A DNA stretch of 64,000 bases from Obrimoposthia wandeli (Eukaryota), in assembly GCA_977020255.1 (NCBI GenBank), contig CDROCS010002570.1:806001-870000 (forward strand), in the 5' to 3' direction. The notes beneath the pieces were generated by a model. That model was not told the DNA's origin, did no database searches, and saw only the letters and a program-made list of their open reading frames with translations. A program made the translations under genes and the position numbers. Below, piece by piece: positions 61,966 to 64,000 of this stretch (positions within the stretch are counted from its first letter, which is position 1; the number at the start of each line of letters is the position of its first letter).

Positions 61966-63614
61966 TTCTGGATTTTTGATTTGTTTTAGAAACGCTATCA
62001 GTGCTGTTAATCAAACCGATTACAGTTGAATGAATCAGTTCGAGGGGCCTTTTTTTGTTGATGAAGTAAAAATAGCAAAGACAACAAGTATCACAACCAT
62101 TGACTTACTTTTATCATATAATTCTAGGATGAGAAGCGCATTTAAAGTCAAATTGTAAAGTTATTTTGGAAAAGAAAACATCTAAAAATGAGTGAAGCTC
62201 ACATACTGAACGACTCGAGCTGTATAACAGACGCCATCCAAAAAGAGTTAAGTATCACTTTCTCAAGCATTCGAACTCAGCACAGTTATGACTCTAAATT
62301 AAATCGACAAGACTGATTTTATCAGAGTAGTTTCCTTATCTGTAAGGGATTTACATAATTTGTAAGAGTTCAAAAACAATAAAATAATTAATTGTAAACT
62401 GTTGAATATTTTGTTTAACCTTCAACCTTGAGGTAGAAATCTGGATAGGCCCTCCAGTAAGAACTTATGGAAAGTGAAACAACTCTAGCTCCAACACACG
62501 CATAAGGCATTTCAACAATATGTTTATGTATGCGACTATGATTATTTAACTTGAATTGAAATAATCTTATCTTGAATACTCAGTGTTTTGTATTTAAATT
62601 TTGGGGTATTAAATTTCAATTAAATCGCTAACTCTAGCTCTAAGATCAGTTGCACTTTTGTTGTGTAAAGTTGTAGCACAGTGACAGTGACATGTTTATA
62701 CTTCTATGTCAGTCGTATACATCCTTTCTGCAATGAGAGATAGAGATACAGATCGCATTTGCAATTGTATACAGAAAGAAGAAGCTGACACGCGCGATAC
62801 AAGCCTATCATTTCTTGTGCCGCCAGAGGAGAACTGATCATTGTTCTAGCAGTGACTCATGCTGCAGTCGGCAAGGCTGATGTAATCGCAATGCAACCTC
62901 ATCCCGTACCCGGGACTAGGCAGACAAAGCGGATCTTGATGGAGTGCTCATCTCGAGGGGAGCAATACAAATGTATCAGCCACAAAATCCAGCGATGCTG
63001 ATTCTGTTTTTGTTTTGAAGCACATTTATCGTTTCCCATCGATCTGCAAAACATGATATAGCAATTTAACTGCACTAAGGTCAAAGAATTAGGTATTATC
63101 ATGAAAATAAGAATCACGATCTAAAGACAATGGATTCGATTGCCGTCTTCTTTTAGACTCTACTCGAACAAAGACTGATAGACAGGGGGCCGTGCTCATC
63201 TTTGCAAATGGATCTAAAGATCAAAAGTATAATAGGCCCTGCTTATAAATGAAAGAATAATACAATGAGTTCTTCTTATTCTAAATCAACTCAAATCAAT
63301 GAAGTAACAGAAATTAACATCTGCACGATTTTATATTGTGGCTATTCTGATGGTAAAAGAAATTATCCGCTTGCAGAAATATGAAAGACCAAGTGATTAT
63401 TATGGCGAATGAGGATGGAAAATTTAGTGGAAGATTTTTTATCAGAACAAGATTTGTTTTTGAGTTGAAAATTATGGGGTTAGTAATACTAAATAAAATA
63501 CTTTGCTTATTTAATTTATTAAATTGAACAATGAAGCAAAATGTACACGTTATATTTCAAAATTATCAATAAAAAAATCCAAGAACACTAAATTATTGAT
63601 TATATAACATTTAG
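61966..63614. repeat. ~1.65-kb direct repeat, copy 2 (cut by an LTR insertion)
   Basis: Starts ttctggatttttgatttgttttaga as copy 1 does. Homology ends at ...aacatttag, where the TGTGG LTR begins. Confidence 0.97.
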
Positions 63615-64000
63615 TGTGGTTAAGTTTGTGATTTAACATTTTGTCTTTGTTGTTTTAATACATATATGTTTATTGTGTGTGTAAAATTCAAATAAATTGT
63701 TAGAATCTTTCGATGGTTTCCTCATAACAAGCTTTTGGGTCAAAAGTTAACTGAATACTTCGGCAAGTAGACTTTGAGCTGAACGCCGTATGATTAAAGT
63801 TTCAGACATGTTGAAACAATATGACGGAACTGGGAATATTTCTGAGTGGCTACAGAAATTGGAATTGGTGGCCCGTCTGCAGAAGGTGAAGAATGTGGTA
63901 CCGTTATTTCTATGGGAATAGAAGAAAGCGACCGAGAGGATTGTTAAAATGTCAAACAAGTATTGACAAATGCGTTTTCTGTGGATTCTTGCTCTGCAGA
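63615..64000 (+). mobile_element. Ty3/Gypsy LTR retrotransposon 5' end: short LTR (63615-63729, TG...CA) and disrupted gag from ATG 63790
   Basis: MIKVSDMLKQYDGTGNISEWLQKLELVARLQKVKNVVPLFL, then out-of-frame VKQVLTNAFSVDS; a typical invertebrate Gypsy gag N-terminus. Truncated by the window end. Confidence 0.75.

Noticed and set aside
7344-63959. Numerous 60-110 aa AT-rich ORFs in the track (e.g. 7344, 8123, 24695, 27097, 32230, 44817, 57386, 61564)
   Set aside because: Rich in I, K, N, F and L as expected from AT-rich non-coding DNA, often with non-ATG starts, no motifs or splice support.

Overview
Eukaryotic (metazoan) AT-rich genomic DNA; the taxon cannot be assigned from the sequence. 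Most of the window is one minus-strand, multi-exon gene for a highly divergent Eph-family receptor. I reconstructed it by hand from GT-AG sites, and every junction phase is compatible: signal-peptide exon candidate 55151-55085, then 44701-44634, 36420-36143, 29459-29047, 25841-25689, 21292-21082, 21029-20890, 16367-16111, 15099-15033, 14872-14500, 13771-13689, 5432-5298, and a candidate terminal exon 5249-5209 (761 aa if all are joined). Domain order is ligand-binding domain, Cys-rich/sushi-EGF, two FN3, an atypical ~88-aa Ser/Gly/Pro stalk, TM helix and the juxtamembrane YQDPGTYED motif. The reading frame then stops where the kinase should start: the first P-loop Gly is replaced (LLKEG) and no kinase exon is recognisable in the remaining 5.2 kb. 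The receptor may be kinase-less or a pseudokinase, but kinase exons could lie left of the window. The introns hold many decayed transposons (Tc1, mariner, maT-like, pogo, hAT/Charlie, Chapaev3-like, L2/CR1, Gypsy). Other features: a near-identical ~1.65-kb direct repeat bracketing the putative first exon, a four-copy repeat family with a shared CTAG end, several short tandem arrays and a symmetric E-box cluster. No rRNA, tRNA, CRISPR array or intact transposase was seen. TE boundaries are approximate.
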